Made by a program: the position numbers and the translations under genes. 64,000 nucleotides of DNA from Bacteroidales bacterium (GTDB lineage: Bacteria; Bacteroidota; Bacteroidia; Bacteroidales; DASVHX01): positions 6,267 through 70,266 of the forward strand of contig JBBRRV010000002.1 in assembly GCA_038246075.1 (NCBI GenBank), written 5' to 3'. The notes under the pieces were generated by a model. The model saw only the letters and a program-made list of their open reading frames with translations. It searched no databases and had not been told where the DNA came from. Of this stretch, positions 18,651-27,752 are shown piece by piece (position 1 is the stretch's first letter; the number at the start of each line of letters is the position of its first letter).

Positions 18651-18683
18651 TGGCCTGATGCCTATTGCCTATTGCCTGCCTAT
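18651..18683. repeat. Heptamer array (TGCCTAT; ATAGGCA on the minus strand), about 4 units
   Basis: tggcctga tgcctat tgcctat tgcctgcctat, just downstream of the dnaA terminator. Confidence 0.85.
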
Positions 18684-18696
18684 CGCCGGCAAAGAT

Positions 18697-18727
18697 AAAA
18701 AAAACCGCCGGCAAGCTGCACGGCGGT
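18697..18727 (-). terminator. Rho-independent terminator of dnaA
   Basis: Minus strand ACCGCCG-tgcagcttgc-CGGCGGT followed by TTTTTTTT, 24 nt after the dnaA stop. Confidence 0.7.
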
Positions 18728-18750
18728 ATCATCATCATATTTGTCAACCG

Positions 18751-20208
18751 TTAAATTTTGATTTTTTTCTCGATCTCATCTGCAAATATCCTGAAATTCT
18801 TATCAGTATCGATAAGGTTGTTCACTGTGCGGCAGGCATGCAGTACGGTGGCGTGGTCCTTGTTACCGCAATGCAGGCCGATAGTAGCCAGCGACGATTT
18901 GGTGAGTTTTTTGGAAAAGAACATGGCCAGTTGCCGTGCCTGAACGATATCGCGTTTCCGTGTTTTGGAGTTGAGCTGATCTACCGGGATGTTAAAGTAA
19001 TCACAAATGATCTTTTGAATGAAGTCGATAGAGATCTCGCGGGTAGTGTTTTTCACGAATTTATCGATCATCTGCCTTGCCAGTTCTATCGTAATTGCTT
19101 TCTTGTTGAGTGATGACTGTGCCATGAGCGAAATGAGCGCACCTTCGAGTTCACGCACATTTGTGGCAATGCTGTAGGCAAGGTATTCAATTACATCCTG
19201 AGGCATCTCTATGCCATCCTTGTAAAGCCGTTTATGAAGAATAGCTATCCTTGTCTCGAGATCAGGAACCTGCAGGTCGGCAGCAAGACCCCATTTGAAG
19301 CGGGAAAGCAACCTTGGTTCCATACCTTTAAGTTCAACCGGAGCTTTATCAGATGTGATGATAATCTGCTTCCCTTTCTGATGTAAGTGGTTAAATATAT
19401 GGAAAAAGACATCCTGGGTCTTTTCCTTACCTGCCAGGAATTGAATATCATCCAGGATAAGCACATCTATCATCTGGTAGAAGTGGACAAAATCGTTATG
19501 GTTGTTATTTCTTACCGCATCTATAAACTGCTGCGTAAATTGCTCTGTAGCAACGTAGAGAACAGTTTTTTCCGGAAACATGTTCTTTACCTGGATGCCA
19601 ATGGCGTGCACCAGGTGTGTTTTTCCCAATCCTACGTTAGAATAAAGGAATAATGGGTTGAATGATGTTTTGCCTGGTTTATTGGCAACGGCATATCCTG
19701 CTGAACGTGCGAGGCGGTTGCAATCACCTTCCACAAAATTATCAAACGAATAGGATTCGATAAGTTGGGATTGTACCTGGATTTTTTTTAGTCCAGGGAT
19801 TACGAAGGGGTTTGGGATGTCTTTTGACCCTGAACCATTTATATTTAGTGGCATTGATACTGAAGGATTTGCGATTGCCCTTTTATTACTTGTAGGTACT
19901 TTAATGGTGTATGGATCAGCATTAAAACTGCCATCCATCACAATACTGTATTCGAGCCGGCCTGTAATTCCAAGTTCGTTGCGTACAGTCTTTTTAAGCA
20001 GACTGATGTAATGCTCTTCGAGCCATTCGTAAAAGAACTGGCTGGGCACCTGTATGGTGAGTACATTGTTTTCAAGCTTTACGGGCTTTATCGGGGCGAA
20101 CCACGTTTTGAAGTTCTGGTAATTCAGATTGTCCTTGATGACGAGCAGACAATTGTCCCATACTTCTTCGAAAGCTTCTTTCATTCGTGTATTGGTGTTA
20201 AAGATCAT
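18751..20208 (-). CDS. dnaA: Chromosomal replication initiator DnaA
   Basis: 485-aa ORF. Walker A NVGLGKTHL, Walker B LILDDIQF, C-terminal DNA-binding signature DHATVLHA. The alternative start at M9 (20184) is possible. Confidence 0.95.
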   Translation of the reverse strand: MIFNTNTRMKEAFEEVWDNCLLVIKDNLNYQNFKTWFAPIKPVKLENNVLTIQVPSQFFYEWLEEHYISLLKKTVRNELGITGRLEYSIVMDGSFNADPYTIKVPTSNKRAIANPSVSMPLNINGSGSKDIPNPFVIPGLKKIQVQSQLIESYSFDNFVEGDCNRLARSAGYAVANKPGKTSFNPLFLYSNVGLGKTHLVHAIGIQVKNMFPEKTVLYVATEQFTQQFIDAVRNNNHNDFVHFYQMIDVLILDDIQFLAGKEKTQDVFFHIFNHLHQKGKQIIITSDKAPVELKGMEPRLLSRFKWGLAADLQVPDLETRIAILHKRLYKDGIEMPQDVIEYLAYSIATNVRELEGALISLMAQSSLNKKAITIELARQMIDKFVKNTTREISIDFIQKIICDYFNIPVDQLNSKTRKRDIVQARQLAMFFSKKLTKSSLATIGLHCGNKDHATVLHACRTVNNLIDTDKNFRIFADEIEKKIKI

Positions 20209-20418
20209 CAGAATATTCTATATCGGGATTAAAACATTTAGCTATTAGAAGGATGTATTAAAAGGGCGATAAAATACATTAGAGACAGGGGAAGAATTTA
20301 TTTTTTAACAAAGTTGAATGAAAAATTGTGAAGAAATAAAAATTATATTAGTAGGATTTGTTCTATTTTTTGACCATTAACAATTTACTAAAAAAAAATA
20401 AAACGCAAAATAAATATA

Positions 20419-21054
20419 CTATTTTGTCTCTATAAACTTAATAGTTAGTGCATTTAGCCTGATTAGTTTCTCATACACAAGATTTGAATCACGTTTCCGC
20501 ACCATAATAATCATTTTATTTTGAAGATTAAAATGTGTTGATAAGATTGTACAACTTTCTTCCTTGACAATGTGCATCACATCGTTCATTATTGCATATC
20601 CGAATTCAAGTTCGTATACGTCACTTACGATCCGCGAAACAAGACCGGACTCACCAATGGCCTCTTTGGCTGCCGTGCGGTATGCCTGAATGAGTCCGCT
20701 TACCCCCAGCTTTATGCCCCCAAAATACCTGATAACAACAACCAATGTATTTGTGAGGTCGGCAGCCCCAATCTGTCCAAGTATTGGTTTTCCGGCTGTT
20801 CCTGAAGGCTCACCGTCGTCGTTTGACCGGCTGGCATTCTTATCAAAACCCATTACATATGCATAGCAGTGGTGGCGGGCATCGTGATATTTATTGCGGA
20901 GTACATCAAGTTCCCTCTTCACATCGGCTTCGTTCAAAACAGGAATGGCAAACGAAATGAACCTGCTGCCTTTTTCTTTATACAACCCTTGTCCGGTAGT
21001 TTCTAAGGTTTTATAAACGTCGTCGAAAAGCATACATAGATCTGAATGGTTCAT
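20419..21054 (-). CDS. YigZ/IMPACT family protein
   Basis: KGSRFISFA and DDGEPSGTAGKPIL motifs. The track start at 21090 is TTG; the first ATG is at 21054, with an alternative at 21033. Confidence 0.8.
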   Translation of the reverse strand: MNHSDLCMLFDDVYKTLETTGQGLYKEKGSRFISFAIPVLNEADVKRELDVLRNKYHDARHHCYAYVMGFDKNASRSNDDGEPSGTAGKPILGQIGAADLTNTLVVVIRYFGGIKLGVSGLIQAYRTAAKEAIGESGLVSRIVSDVYELEFGYAIMNDVMHIVKEESCTILSTHFNLQNKMIIMVRKRDSNLVYEKLIRLNALTIKFIETK

Positions 21055-21234
21055 GTCAAAAATATGAATTTTAGCTTGCAAAAATGCCAATGCTGAAAAT
21101 ATAAATGAAGTAAAACCTTTAAACCATTAGTATTAAGGATGTAATAAAACGTAACCAGATACTTTCAAAACAGGCAAGCATTTTCGGGATCGGACATTAT
21201 TTTGCGGCATCATGTGATGGTGATCGGGAATTGC

Positions 21235-21242
21235 TACTTTTG
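21235..21242 (+). promoter_or_regulatory. -7 box TACTTTTG
   Basis: 50 nt upstream of the EamA-family gene ATG at 21293. Confidence 0.45.
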
Positions 21243-21292
21243 CGCTTCTTCTGGAACCTTCAGTTTCTATTTATACTATACATATAATACCT

Positions 21293-22207
21293 ATGAATGC
21301 TCACTTTGGCGAAATTGCTGCACTGCTTACAGCTGTTTTTTGGACGATTACTGCATTAGCGTTTGAATCGGCGAGTAAAAAAATCGGTTCCCTGGTGGTT
21401 AATATCCTCCGGTTGAGCATTGCCCTGATCTTTCTAAGCATCTATACCTGGTTCAGCCGGGGATTATTTTTCCCTTCAGATGCCAGTATGCATGGCTGGT
21501 TGTGGCTGGCGCTTTCGGGGCTGGTTGGGTTCGTGATCGGCGATCTGCTTTTATTCCAGGCTTATGTGGTTATCGGGGCGCGTATTTCAATGCTGTTCAT
21601 GTCCTTAGCCCCTCCAATTGCGGCGATTACAGGCTGGCTCATACTGGGCGAGCAATTTACCTTGCAAAACTCAGCGGGCATGGCATTGACCTTAGCTGGT
21701 ATAGCCCTTGTTGTGCTGAACAGGACTCCAAAGACTGGCATAGCGGGAAAACGGGGGGTGCGGTTTAACTACCCTTTAACAGGCTTGTTACTGGCTTTTG
21801 GCGGAGCTGCAGGTCAGGGCGTAGGGCTGGTATTAAGCAAACTTGGCATGCAGGAATATGATGCTTTTGCTTCTTCACAGATAAGAGTAATGGCTGGTGT
21901 TGTTGGATTTGCGGTCGTATTTACCGTCCTTGGCAGGTGGCGCAATGTGCTTGAGGCTTTTAGCAATATACCCGCCATGAAACGGCTAACAATCGGATCC
22001 TTTTTCGGTCCCTTCCTTGGTGTTTCGTTTTCGTTACTGGCTATTCAACATACCAACACCGGGGTAGCTTCCACAATAATGTCCATTGTACCTGTACTGA
22101 TCATTGCACCTGCCGTTCTCATCAACAAAGAGAAATTAACGTTAAGGGAAGTGATGGGTGCGTTGCTCGCAGTGGCAGGTGTGTCACTGTTTTTTATTAC
22201 TTTCTGA
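21293..22207 (+). CDS. EamA/DMT-family transporter
   Basis: 304-aa ORF, about 10 hydrophobic helices arranged as two EamA-like halves. A TACTTTTG box lies 50 nt upstream. Confidence 0.8.
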   Translation: MNAHFGEIAALLTAVFWTITALAFESASKKIGSLVVNILRLSIALIFLSIYTWFSRGLFFPSDASMHGWLWLALSGLVGFVIGDLLLFQAYVVIGARISMLFMSLAPPIAAITGWLILGEQFTLQNSAGMALTLAGIALVVLNRTPKTGIAGKRGVRFNYPLTGLLLAFGGAAGQGVGLVLSKLGMQEYDAFASSQIRVMAGVVGFAVVFTVLGRWRNVLEAFSNIPAMKRLTIGSFFGPFLGVSFSLLAIQHTNTGVASTIMSIVPVLIIAPAVLINKEKLTLREVMGALLAVAGVSLFFITF

Positions 22208-22709
22208 AATTGCCCAGCCTGATATCGCTGATTTCCCTGCGCAAATTGTATGCAGACCTTAGCCTTGCCGTTATTTTCTCATAGTCTTTTGCGCTTAACT
22301 GGGGCCTGCCGTCGCTGCCTTTTTTCTTCCGGGCATCTAACAGCGGATACCAATCTCCCGGAGCGGGGAGGTCGGCAGGTTGTCGGACGAGGATGTGCAG
22401 GTGAAGATGCGGAACTGTCTGGCCGGCTGCTGTATTATCCTGTATGGACCAGTCGAAAGCATCAGCATGAAAATAACTGAGTAGTGTTTCCGTTACCTCG
22501 CGGGCAAACCGAAAAAAATCCGAAACCAGATCATCCGGGAGTGAACGCAGACTTTCAATATGCGCTGCTGGAATTATGAGCGTATGTCCTGGCAGGATAG
22601 GGGCCTTGTTATACAAAGCCAAAAATGACCCGGAAGAGGCAAATGCGTTCCTTTGGATATCAGGCTGACAAAAGGGACAGGGCATGGCAGTATTTGTAAC
22701 TTCACTCAT
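22197..22709 (-). CDS. HIT-family nucleotide hydrolase/transferase
   Basis: 170-aa ORF with histidine triad HLHLHIL and PGHTLIIP. Confidence 0.85.
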   Translation of the reverse strand: MSEVTNTAMPCPFCQPDIQRNAFASSGSFLALYNKAPILPGHTLIIPAAHIESLRSLPDDLVSDFFRFAREVTETLLSYFHADAFDWSIQDNTAAGQTVPHLHLHILVRQPADLPAPGDWYPLLDARKKKGSDGRPQLSAKDYEKITARLRSAYNLRREISDIRLGNFRK

Positions 22710-23167
22710 CTCTTGTCAAAAGCGGAAAAAGCAAATTTTATATAATCCAAATACGATCGTTGAATTGTTTTTGGGATACGCAGGTAGCTGAGGATATTAT
22801 TGTTATAGATCAGATTAAGATTATTGTCAGTTCCTTTTTCGCGTAAAATGTCGTTGTAAGCTCTGGGGAGAAGCCAGATATGCTTAATCCCCTTTGTAAT
22901 GGCTTCGCTTATGATGATGGAGGCTGCAGCGGGCAGCAGGTCAACAATAAGTGCACTGAAAACGGGCGACAACTTCTCGACACAAAGGCATCTGCCATCA
23001 TCATCGAAGTCATTCATCCATGGGCGGATATGCCTGGTGTTATACCCGCAGGTAATGAGTCTGTCGCGCAATGCAAAGGAATAATTGCCTGAATTGCTGT
23101 TGTCACTGATAATGGCGATATTTTTCTGCGCCATAAATTCATGGATTGCATTTAAAGATGGTACCAT
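22706..23167 (-). CDS. CoA-binding-domain-like protein
   Basis: 153-aa ORF. KNIAIISDNSNSGNYSF and a Rossmann-like layout resemble YccU/CoA_binding_2. 4-nt overlap with the downstream HIT gene. Family assignment is from memory only. Confidence 0.5.
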   Translation of the reverse strand: MVPSLNAIHEFMAQKNIAIISDNSNSGNYSFALRDRLITCGYNTRHIRPWMNDFDDDGRCLCVEKLSPVFSALIVDLLPAAASIIISEAITKGIKHIWLLPRAYNDILREKGTDNNLNLIYNNNILSYLRIPKTIQRSYLDYIKFAFSAFDKR

Positions 23168-23269
23168 ACCCGTTAAACTTTATAGGTGACAACTGCGAGA
23201 ACTGTCCTTTATAATTAGTTGGAGATATTGGCAAAAGGTAATAGGCTGAATCGTTCTTTAAAATTTATT

Positions 23270-25474
23270 TCAAAAAAAGATTGCTATTTCCACCCTGCGG
23301 TTCTTTTGCCTGCCTTCCGGCGTTGTGTTGGCTGCTACAGGCCTGGTTTGTCCGTACCATTCGGGTTTAATCCGTTCTGCAGGCATTCCTTTCTTAATAA
23401 GATAATTTTTGACTGCCAGCGTTCGGTTTTTCGATAGTGTCATGTTGGACTCAGCTTTGCCAACATTGTCGGTATGTCCCGAAAGCTGGAGTTTCCAATC
23501 AGGTTTTTTCAGTAAAAGTGCTGCAAGTTTGTCCAGTGAAGCATAGGAAACCTGTTTGATGACCGATTTGCCGGATTCAAATTCGAGGCTTGAAAAGGCT
23601 GTATTGAGCACTTCCTGCTCTTCCTTCTTGATCAGCGGACAGCCATCGTTCTCTGCTACACCGGCAATGGTGGGGCATTTATCATGAATATCCGCAATGC
23701 CATCACCATCTGTATCCTGCCATGGGCAGCCCTTATTTTCAAGCGGCCCGGGATTATTGGGGCAGGCATCTTCAGAATCCTTTATGCCATCACCATCCGT
23801 GTCAACAACAGGGCAGCCCTTGTTTTCCAGGGGGCCGGCAACCTTAGGGCAGAGGTCATCCTTGTCGGGTACACCATCGCTGTCGGTATCAGGGCAACCA
23901 TTGAATATGGCCAAACCTGCCTGCAAAGGACATGCATCCTGGCTGTCAATGATGCTATCACCGTCGGAATCGGGGCATCCCTTGAATGCAGCAAGTCCTT
24001 TTACATCCGGACAAGCATCATCGGCATCCTTTATACCATCGCCATCGGCATCCGGACAGCCCTTAAACTGAGCCAGTCCGGGAATAAGCGGGCATTCATC
24101 TGCTTTGTCAGGTACACCATCCTGATCAGTGTCTTTCTTCGGCCTGCCGAAAGTCAGCACCAATCCTGCATGAAGATGCACATTCTGAGCTGTTTTAAAG
24201 TTGGGGACCACCAAAATGTTATCGGTGGTGGCATATAGCTGCATTGGACCCAGATTCACTGACATCCCCACTCCGATATTGTTGTAACTTCTGTTCATTA
24301 CGTTATATGAAGCCGAGAGGCCAAGTACACGTCCAAGTTGGGTATAATAGGAGAGCGAGAAAGCCGGAATAAGCTTTTTGTCATAGAATTGGCCATGAAA
24401 AAGGATTCCCAGTGTATTTCTTTCGTTAATATTGAAATCGGCCCCTGCATAAAATTGCATAGGCAGGTATGCCGTGTAAGATTGGTTGTAAAGGGAATCG
24501 ATCTTAAACTGATTTTTTAATGAGTCGAGCACGACCTGGAAGGCATCTCCAAATGATTTATTCGTTCCAAAAAAATCGTTGATTTCTACGCCGTTAAAAG
24601 TTGCCACTTCTCCGGGCCTGTTACTTTGAAGGGTAAGAAGTTGTTTTTTCCATTTGATATAACCAAGATCGAGCAGGCTGGCTGAGAATGAGAATTTACT
24701 GTTGAGCTTGTATGTGGCTCCAATATCAATACCCATTCCAAAATTACCACCCTTCAGGATATTTTTTTTGTTCGAATCCATACTGTCGATACCCGCAGTC
24801 CTGATGATGATGTCCGACTTCATCCGGAAACTGAAATCGTCGGGGTCGGTGTAGAGGCTAACGTTTGCCCGTTCGGTGTATGCATTGACATGCCCGTTCA
24901 GCAGTTTTACATGCACTCCTAAGGAAAGGTGGTCGTTAAACTCTTTTGCCAGGCCGAGTGCAAGCTCATCAAAGACCATGGCATCTGCACGTGGGTTGAA
25001 ATTCAACTCCTTACCTAATCCAATATTAGCGTTCCCCTTCCAGGCAAAATTAATAAAGTCCTTCGGATAACTCAGCCTGAAGATACCACGCTCACGGACC
25101 GAAAGTGTGAAGTAGTCGCTTTTGGCGAATTTAAAACCAAAGGAAAGGATATCAAGGTCGATGTTGGTGAACATGTTGTTTCTGTCGCCAAGTTTGGACA
25201 GGAGTTTATCCACATCTATTTTCAGGGAGTCATCCGGCATTTTCGTTATGAGATCGTTATAGCTGAATGCGTTGGAGGTATGAAAATAAATGGAGGAAAG
25301 ACCCGGAATGCCAGCAAATGCGCGGGCCTGTGGCACGAGCGCCGGGTTCTGATACATGCGATAAGGCACAAGCTGCATGTGGTATAGCGTAAAGTCGGTT
25401 TGCGCGACAGCCTGACCAGCAAATAAAAGTGAGGTAATGCCGATGATGAATATTGATCGTAAAGACTTTTTCAT
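23270..25474 (-). CDS. Outer-membrane protein: N-terminal beta-barrel-like region, thrombospondin type-3 Ca-binding repeats, C-terminal OmpA domain
   Basis: 734-aa ORF. Signal peptide ..LLFAGQAVAQ; at least 7 DxDxDGxxDxxDxCP repeats; OmpA-like GHTDNVGKAESNMTLSKNRTLAVKNYL. Confidence 0.85.
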   Translation of the reverse strand: MKKSLRSIFIIGITSLLFAGQAVAQTDFTLYHMQLVPYRMYQNPALVPQARAFAGIPGLSSIYFHTSNAFSYNDLITKMPDDSLKIDVDKLLSKLGDRNNMFTNIDLDILSFGFKFAKSDYFTLSVRERGIFRLSYPKDFINFAWKGNANIGLGKELNFNPRADAMVFDELALGLAKEFNDHLSLGVHVKLLNGHVNAYTERANVSLYTDPDDFSFRMKSDIIIRTAGIDSMDSNKKNILKGGNFGMGIDIGATYKLNSKFSFSASLLDLGYIKWKKQLLTLQSNRPGEVATFNGVEINDFFGTNKSFGDAFQVVLDSLKNQFKIDSLYNQSYTAYLPMQFYAGADFNINERNTLGILFHGQFYDKKLIPAFSLSYYTQLGRVLGLSASYNVMNRSYNNIGVGMSVNLGPMQLYATTDNILVVPNFKTAQNVHLHAGLVLTFGRPKKDTDQDGVPDKADECPLIPGLAQFKGCPDADGDGIKDADDACPDVKGLAAFKGCPDSDGDSIIDSQDACPLQAGLAIFNGCPDTDSDGVPDKDDLCPKVAGPLENKGCPVVDTDGDGIKDSEDACPNNPGPLENKGCPWQDTDGDGIADIHDKCPTIAGVAENDGCPLIKKEEQEVLNTAFSSLEFESGKSVIKQVSYASLDKLAALLLKKPDWKLQLSGHTDNVGKAESNMTLSKNRTLAVKNYLIKKGMPAERIKPEWYGQTRPVAANTTPEGRQKNRRVEIAIFF

Positions 25475-25587
25475 TTGTTATTACTTATTTTTACGGGCCT
25501 TATGGAATACGCTATGATGAAGAATATTATCATATCAATTGTTGTTTATACAATCATGGTTATTTCATACTTTCATCGATGTACGGG

Positions 25588-27222
25588 TTAAAGTTTTATT
25601 TTAATTTCTGCTTGCACGGCAAGCTTAACTTTCAACTGATAGGTATTGAAGATTCTGATGTTTTGTGTTGCTGTCCCAGAGGTGTTAAGCAACGCTTTAA
25701 CAAGTATTTTTTTGGTTCCGGTGATCTTGTTGATCCTTTCCCTGGGATAAGTGAAATCGCTGGTTTTTTTGGATGAGTTGAGCAATTCACCGCTAGCAAG
25801 GGTAATTTGTGCAGCGGGAATAATGAATGGATCGGCAGTTATCAATGAGTCGAGCCTTACATAATTTGCATCTGTAAAAAATACCTGCATCCTGGCTTCA
25901 AGCGGAAACCCGTTATCGATGATGGTTCGGATGAGCAAGCTCTGAGCATCGCTGATATTGTCGAGTTTGAAGTCTAACGTGTCTTGTATGGCCAGGTTTT
26001 TAGCGTATCCATAGAGCGGAAGACCAACTTCCACGTCCACGATCAGCTTGCTAGAATCGCGAACGAAATTCTCTGATATGTTTCCGCCGGGATTGGTTAA
26101 GCTGTAAAAGTTGTACGAGATACTATTGGGTTTGATGTTTAAGAATTTATTAAGTGCGCCGCCGGTCCCTGTATTGGTGACAGTGTAGGTGGAAATAGTC
26201 GTTGAAATGCCTGCAGGGGCGCCGGGTTGAGCTATATATGAGGGGCTTGCCAGGTTGATGGGATTTGGCAGGCCTGGGTTTCCAGCCAGGTTTAGAGATT
26301 GCCCTTTAGCATTATTTGTGCCGCGAAGTTCGCTGAACCGAAGTTGAATGGGGACTCCAATTGAGTTGGAAAAAGTAAATTTAAGGTAAGGGTCTACCAG
26401 GGTAAATTGACCCTGCGTTAAGGCGTTATTGAATATACTCAGGTTTTCAGTTTTTTTATCACTGAACAGAAAGAAACGGCCAAGATACCCGGAAAGGACC
26501 TTAACACTTTCGATGTGCTGCCGGAAATTGAAGTTGATTACTTTTCCTGCGGTAATTGATCCGGCCGGCAAATTGGTGATGGTGATTGAAGCATTAAGCC
26601 TGAATGTGCTTCGCTTTCCGGTAACCCTGGTGAGATCGAATTTATACCCGCTAAGGTCGGTGGTTTTGATCCCATTGGCCAATGGCGTGAAAGTGGCATT
26701 GAAGGGAAGGCCATTTTTTTTGGCATCAGGAATGCTTAATGCGATGGAGCCAGTGTTATTAACGGTTCCTGTAATCGTCAGCGTTAAATCTCCTTTGCTG
26801 CATATCAGCGAATCGATGCGGATAGAGTCGGCAGGGGTGAGTTTTATATCCGTCTGAAAGGGGATGGTGAGTTTGCCTGAGCTGTTGATGGCTGCTGCCT
26901 CTATGGCTGTGAAGGTATGCGAAAAGACGAATGAGGTTGATGGTATCGTAACCATGCTTGCCGGGTTGATGGAAAACAACCTATCCTTGTATACCAGTGT
27001 AACAAATCCTTTCTGATCGATTACAAAACTTGATGAGGTTCCCGGTTGTTTCAGAATATCCATGATGGTTAGACTGGAAGAAACGAGGGGGACAGCCATT
27101 TTTGGATTCCATTCAATAGACTTCATTTTGCTGAAATCAAAATCTCCGCTTTTCATACAACTACTTAGTGCGATGATCAGCATGAGGAAGAAAAAACGGC
27201 TTACCTGTTTTTTGTAGTTCAT
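25588..27222 (-). CDS. Lipoprotein of unknown function (upstream partner of the OmpA/TSP3 gene)
   Basis: The ORF extends to 27270. MNYKKQVSRFFFLMLIIALSSC (lipobox) starts at 27222. No family recognised. Confidence 0.6.
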   Translation of the reverse strand: MNYKKQVSRFFFLMLIIALSSCMKSGDFDFSKMKSIEWNPKMAVPLVSSSLTIMDILKQPGTSSSFVIDQKGFVTLVYKDRLFSINPASMVTIPSTSFVFSHTFTAIEAAAINSSGKLTIPFQTDIKLTPADSIRIDSLICSKGDLTLTITGTVNNTGSIALSIPDAKKNGLPFNATFTPLANGIKTTDLSGYKFDLTRVTGKRSTFRLNASITITNLPAGSITAGKVINFNFRQHIESVKVLSGYLGRFFLFSDKKTENLSIFNNALTQGQFTLVDPYLKFTFSNSIGVPIQLRFSELRGTNNAKGQSLNLAGNPGLPNPINLASPSYIAQPGAPAGISTTISTYTVTNTGTGGALNKFLNIKPNSISYNFYSLTNPGGNISENFVRDSSKLIVDVEVGLPLYGYAKNLAIQDTLDFKLDNISDAQSLLIRTIIDNGFPLEARMQVFFTDANYVRLDSLITADPFIIPAAQITLASGELLNSSKKTSDFTYPRERINKITGTKKILVKALLNTSGTATQNIRIFNTYQLKVKLAVQAEIKIKL

Positions 27223-27752
27223 TGTCTTTGTAATGTTGATTTTTTTGTCTGGTAAGATTGAATGATTCACTTCTCAATATGATAATTAACGGTGTTCCTT
27301 TTATTGCTGAGACCTTTTGCCTATGTTTTGGATGGCCAGGATTTACCATTGTTGATCATAAAATTACCCGCCTGCCACAATAGGAAAAATAAAGGGTACA
27401 AAAAGAGACATAATAAGTATTCATAACTTATTCTTATAAAAGTCATTCTGGCGATTATACTATTTTTGTTATGGCCTTATTGACAATGTGCAGGTTGGTC
27501 ATGATTACATTACCTTGCAGTTTATTTATTTACCTGTCTTAGAGGGAATGCTTCATGAATGCATATACAAATCATATATTTTCAGCAGCAGAAAAAGCTA
27601 TACTGCCCATTGGGGCACCTATGCTGACTTCAAATAAATACTGGTAGAAAAAGCGGCGTAAAGACATGGTTTTCGGGTCCAAAAGAGAATATGTTGAAAT
27701 AGCCATGATTGACTAAATCACCAATCGAAGATAATTAAATCTGATAAAGAAT

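Noticed and set aside
18374-18683. Possibility that the repeats next to dnaA are an oriC DnaA-box cluster
   Set aside because: The units do not resemble TTATCCACA, and the same unit families occur at 16801, 42291, 45511 and other loci unrelated to dnaA.
18628-19113. 161-aa plus-strand ORF
   Set aside because: Antisense to the dnaA C-terminal region; no motifs.
23684-24238. 184-aa and 124-aa plus-strand ORFs
   Set aside because: They are antisense to the TSP3-repeat region of the OmpA-family gene. The repetitive GC-rich Asp/Gly codons keep the opposite strand open. No independent support.
27271-27752. About 480-bp divergent spacer screened for tRNA or sRNA genes and small ORFs (23-aa and 31-aa peptides)
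   Set aside because: No tRNA-like T-arm or anticodon-arm pattern and no conserved ncRNA motif that I recognise. The small ORFs have no supporting signals. It is most simply a divergent promoter region.
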